Below, in pieces: positions 61,254 through 64,000 of a stretch of 64,000 nucleotides of DNA; the stretch's first letter is position 1; each line of letters begins with the position of its first letter. Under the pieces are notes generated by a model that was not told where the DNA came from, did not search any database, and worked only from the letters and a program-made list of their open reading frames with translations. Source of the DNA: Phaeosaccion multiseriatum (taxonomy: Eukaryota > Protista > Ochrophyta, other classes). Location: assembly GCA_965112735.1 (NCBI GenBank), contig OZ218956.1:3534001-3598000 (forward strand), written 5' to 3'. The position numbers were made by a program, and so were the translations under genes.

Positions 61254-62633
61254 TTAGGGAACTCATCCGCCATAGCTTTGTAGGCTGGTGCGATTTGCTG
61301 ACAAGACGTGTACGTCCGTGCGTGCGTGCGTGCGTGCGTGAGTGGGAGGGTGGGCGGGTGGGCGGGTGGTGGGTGTGTGGGTGTACCGGGGCGACAAATT
61401 GCAGGCGGGGTTAGAAGTGAGACGCGGCAAGACAGAGTAGCAGGGTGTAATCATTCTGCCAGTCTGCCTGTCTATCTGCCTGCCTGTCTATCTTCCGTGT
61501 TCATATGTAGGGGGGGAGTGAGTGAAAAAGCGATCCAAAGAAGCCTTTTGAGGGCAAGTCCTCAGCGTCCTCCCCTTCCTCCCATCCTCCCCTTCCTCAA
61601 GCGATACAGCCCCCCCCCCCTCCCCTCTACTCTCTCTTCTGTCTTTCTCGCTATCCATCCGACTGTACCTCTCTCCCTCCCTCCGTCTCTTTTGTCTCTC
61701 TCTCTCTCTCTCTTCTATCCGCATCTGTCCCACTCCTTTTCTCTCTCTCTCTCCTCATCTCTCACCTTGCACGGCCCACACCATGTGGCGTGGAAGTCCA
61801 CCACCACGAGTGCGTTGGCCTTGGCTGCGCTCTTGAGCTCGTTGTCAAACTCCGCCATTGTCCTCACTTCCATCACCCCGCCTCCCCGTGCCGCACGTTC
61901 TCTCTCTCTCTTCATCCTGTGATTCCATCGCAAGCGACGCACCCTTATCGATGAGCATACGAGGGGAGGCAATGCAATGCAACGCACAAGAGACACACTC
62001 TCCTCACTCCAAATCAACGCTCGGTCGTGCCAGACCTTAACCTACCTACCCAATTATCCCTTACCTCTCGATGATCTGTTTGGTATTGGCGGAGGAGGCA
62101 GCCGGGTCCTTGAGCAGGTACAGCCAGCCGCCGTGCTCAATGGCCAGCTCCGCGAGCGTCTGCGAGGTGTCCACGACCGTCTCCAGCTTATCGTCCACAG
62201 CTACCCCGTTGTTCTCCCCGCATCCCGCCTTGCCGCACACCTCACTCACAGTCTCAGACGGAGCCGAGTTTACGCGCTTCACAGAGCCGTCTGCTAGGCG
62301 CACTCGCACCGTCAGCTGAGGAGAGAGAAGAGAAGGTAGGCGGCGGCGGCGAAGGAAGAGGAGGAGGAGGAGGAGGAGGAGGGGGGGGGGGGGGGGATGG
62401 GGGGGGGGAGGAGGAGGAGAAGGGGGACATAAGCGGCAGACGGTGGCGAAGCGTCAAGAGGCTTGCCCACTGCTCTCTCTCTATCCATTTTCCTCCAGCT
62501 CCACGTCCTCTCCCCAAATCGTCCTACTTCTCCTCTTCCTCCTCCTCTGCCTCACCTGGTTACTTGGGGTGGACCCGCTCGCTGTCCCGGCCACGAGCAA
62601 GACCAGAGCCGCAGGAAGAAAGGTGAGCTTCAT
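60851..62633 (-). CDS. Signal peptide + ubiquitin-like (Npl4-UBL-like) domain + thioredoxin (WCGPC) fusion, 5 exons
   Basis: MKLTFLPAALVLLVAGTASG-STPSNQ|LTVRVRLADGSVKRVN...TLAELAIEHGGWLYL...|...LVVVDFHATWCGPCK|QIAPAYKAMADEFPK|AVFLKVDVDANKAAAQKYQVSSMPTFLLLKKGEVVDTLKGADENQLREKIRSNM*. Confidence 0.88.
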
Positions 62634-63137
62634 GACCACCTGCTGCCGCTGCTGGCTACTCCCTGTCACTGCTGACTGCTTCTGGTGGTTCCCTGCTTCT
62701 TTGATGGCGTGCCTCTCTCTTTAGCTCCTCACTTGCACTACAACTCGCTGTATTAAGTGCTGTGAACACTTGTCCCCAGACAGAGCCAGTCTCCTCCCTT
62801 ACGTAATTCCTTACGTAAGGTTATGGTTGGCATCCTGGGACAAGCCCCATGTGCCTTTGCCTGTTTTGTTTGAGCCCCCCCCGCCTTTCTCCGTTCTTTT
62901 CTCCCTCCCTCTCTCCACATCCTACCTCTACTTCTCCTCCTCCTTCTCTCCATCCTCCCCCCTTACTTTTCATTGTAGGCGTTTGTCTTTGAAGCGCTCT
63001 TGTCCAACGGCACAGGAGCGGGGCGGTGTCTAGCGCGGATACGGGAACGACGGATATCAACAACGCTTTCGGTCTCATTAGGGGGAGGAGGAGGAAGAGG
63101 AAGAGGCGATAGCACGGCTGCGGGGTAGCCCCTCACC
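62634..63137. promoter_or_regulatory. Putative bidirectional promoter with tandem TTACGTAA palindromes
   Basis: TTACGTAA at 62799-62806 and 62811-62818, between divergent starts. Confidence 0.45.
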
Positions 63138-64000
63138 ATGGCTCGGCTAGTTCGGACCAAAAAGGGCAGCACCGGCACCCCCACCGGAGGAGGGGATGAG
63201 AACGGAAGCGGCCCCAGCAGCCCCTCCCCGGCCAGCGGTAGCACTCCGCCGAAGAAGCGCGTGCTGCAGAAGGGCAAGCTCCCTGGAGTCTCGAGGGGCG
63301 GCTCCGGGGATCCCGGTTCCGAGGCGATTGACGCAGAAGGAGGAGGAGACGGAGGCGGAGAAGGAGGTGAAGAGGAGGAGAACGGCAGGGGTGCAGGCGG
63401 CGAGGGGGAGGGCGACGAGAACAAGGAAACAGTACCCGCACCAGGAACAGCAGCACCAGCACCAGCACCAGCACCAGCACCAGTAGCAGCAGTACCAGCA
63501 GGAGGGGGAGGATCCACTCCTCCCACAGCGGTTGCCGCAGTACCTGTTGCTCCACAGGTACACGCCGTTGGTGCTCCTGCTGCTGGTGCTCCCGCTCCTG
63601 CTGCTGCTTTGCCGTCCTCGACGACGACGACCGCGCCACTAGCCTCTTCTGTGGCGGAAAGGGAGCAGGCCGCCGCCCCTGCTCCTTCACCCCTCCCTGG
63701 GCCACCCTTAGCCTCCAGCAGTCTAGCTGCGGCGGCAGCAGCGCTGGCGGCAACACAACACGCTTCCTCTTCTCCCGCCTCGTTGGCCTCTTCCCCTGCT
63801 CCTCCCCCGCCCTCCTCCGCCGTTCGCGTGACGCACCAGCTGACGTCTTCGCTGCCCCCTCTCGCTTCCGCTGTTGCCGCTGGGGCCCCAGCGGCCGCCC
63901 ATCAGGGGGTAGGGCACGGGCAGCATATGCGTAACAGCGGTGGCGCTTCTTCTTCTACTCCTTCTGCCATTACTCCTGGTGGGACGGGTGGTTATCTGGC
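63138..64000 (+). CDS. 5' part of an uncharacterised low-complexity, probably nuclear protein (runs off the window)
   Basis: ACCATGG start context. MARLVRTKKGSTG...TPPKKRVLQKGK contains an NLS-like motif. The frame stays open to the window end, which explains its absence from the ORF track. Confidence 0.65.
   Translation, partial: MARLVRTKKGSTGTPTGGGDENGSGPSSPSPASGSTPPKKRVLQKGKLPGVSRGGSGDPGSEAIDAEGGGDGGGEGGEEEENGRGAGGEGEGDENKETVPAPGTAAPAPAPAPAPVAAVPAGGGGSTPPTAVAAVPVAPQVHAVGAPAAGAPAPAAALPSSTTTTAPLASSVAEREQAAAPAPSPLPGPPLASSSLAAAAAALAATQHASSSPASLASSPAPPPPSSAVRVTHQLTSSLPPLASAVAAGAPAAAHQGVGHGQHMRNSGGASSSTPSAITPGGTGGYL

Noticed and set aside
62963-63756. Minus-strand ORFs at the right end
   Set aside because: They are antisense shadows of the plus-strand frame starting at 63138.
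1-64000. Transposase, RT, tRNA or rRNA genes, or a functionally linked gene cluster
   Set aside because: None was recognised, and the ten genes have unrelated functions.

Overview
This is GC-rich, intron-rich eukaryotic nuclear DNA. It is most likely from a photosynthetic stramenopile (ochrophyte), inferred from a bipartite signal+'QAF' plastid presequence and the protein styles. Most ORF-track entries are microsatellite or antisense artefacts. Splicing GT-AG exons by eye gives ten genes: (1) KEA4-6/TMCO3-like CPA2 antiporter (-, truncated at the left edge); (2) a giant coiled-coil protein with Sfi1-like Trp repeats and a GAF-like domain (+); (3) an intronless P-type PPR protein (+); (4) an ~18-exon, ~2,600-aa secreted protein resembling a phage/bacterial tail fibre, with beta-strand repeats, a GxxGIG..V.GKI..EV.V-type motif and a C-terminal peptidase-S74-like intramolecular chaperone whose catalytic Ser/Lys appear replaced (+); (5) IFRD (-); (6) an ORANGE-like plastid DnaJ zinc-finger protein (-); (7) a Rab11-like GTPase with a 9-nt microexon and two candidate intronic C/D snoRNAs (+); (8) a large PWWP/polyQ protein (+); (9) a signal peptide + Npl4-like UBL + thioredoxin fusion (-); (10) the start of a low-complexity, NLS-bearing gene (+, truncated at the right edge). 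The standout candidate for a new system is the domesticated tail-fibre-like glycoprotein. Other leads are a dispersed 16-bp DNA motif read in several frames and strands, introns with complementary ends, and the secretory UBL-thioredoxin. Exon boundaries and homologies come from manual pattern recognition, not database searches.
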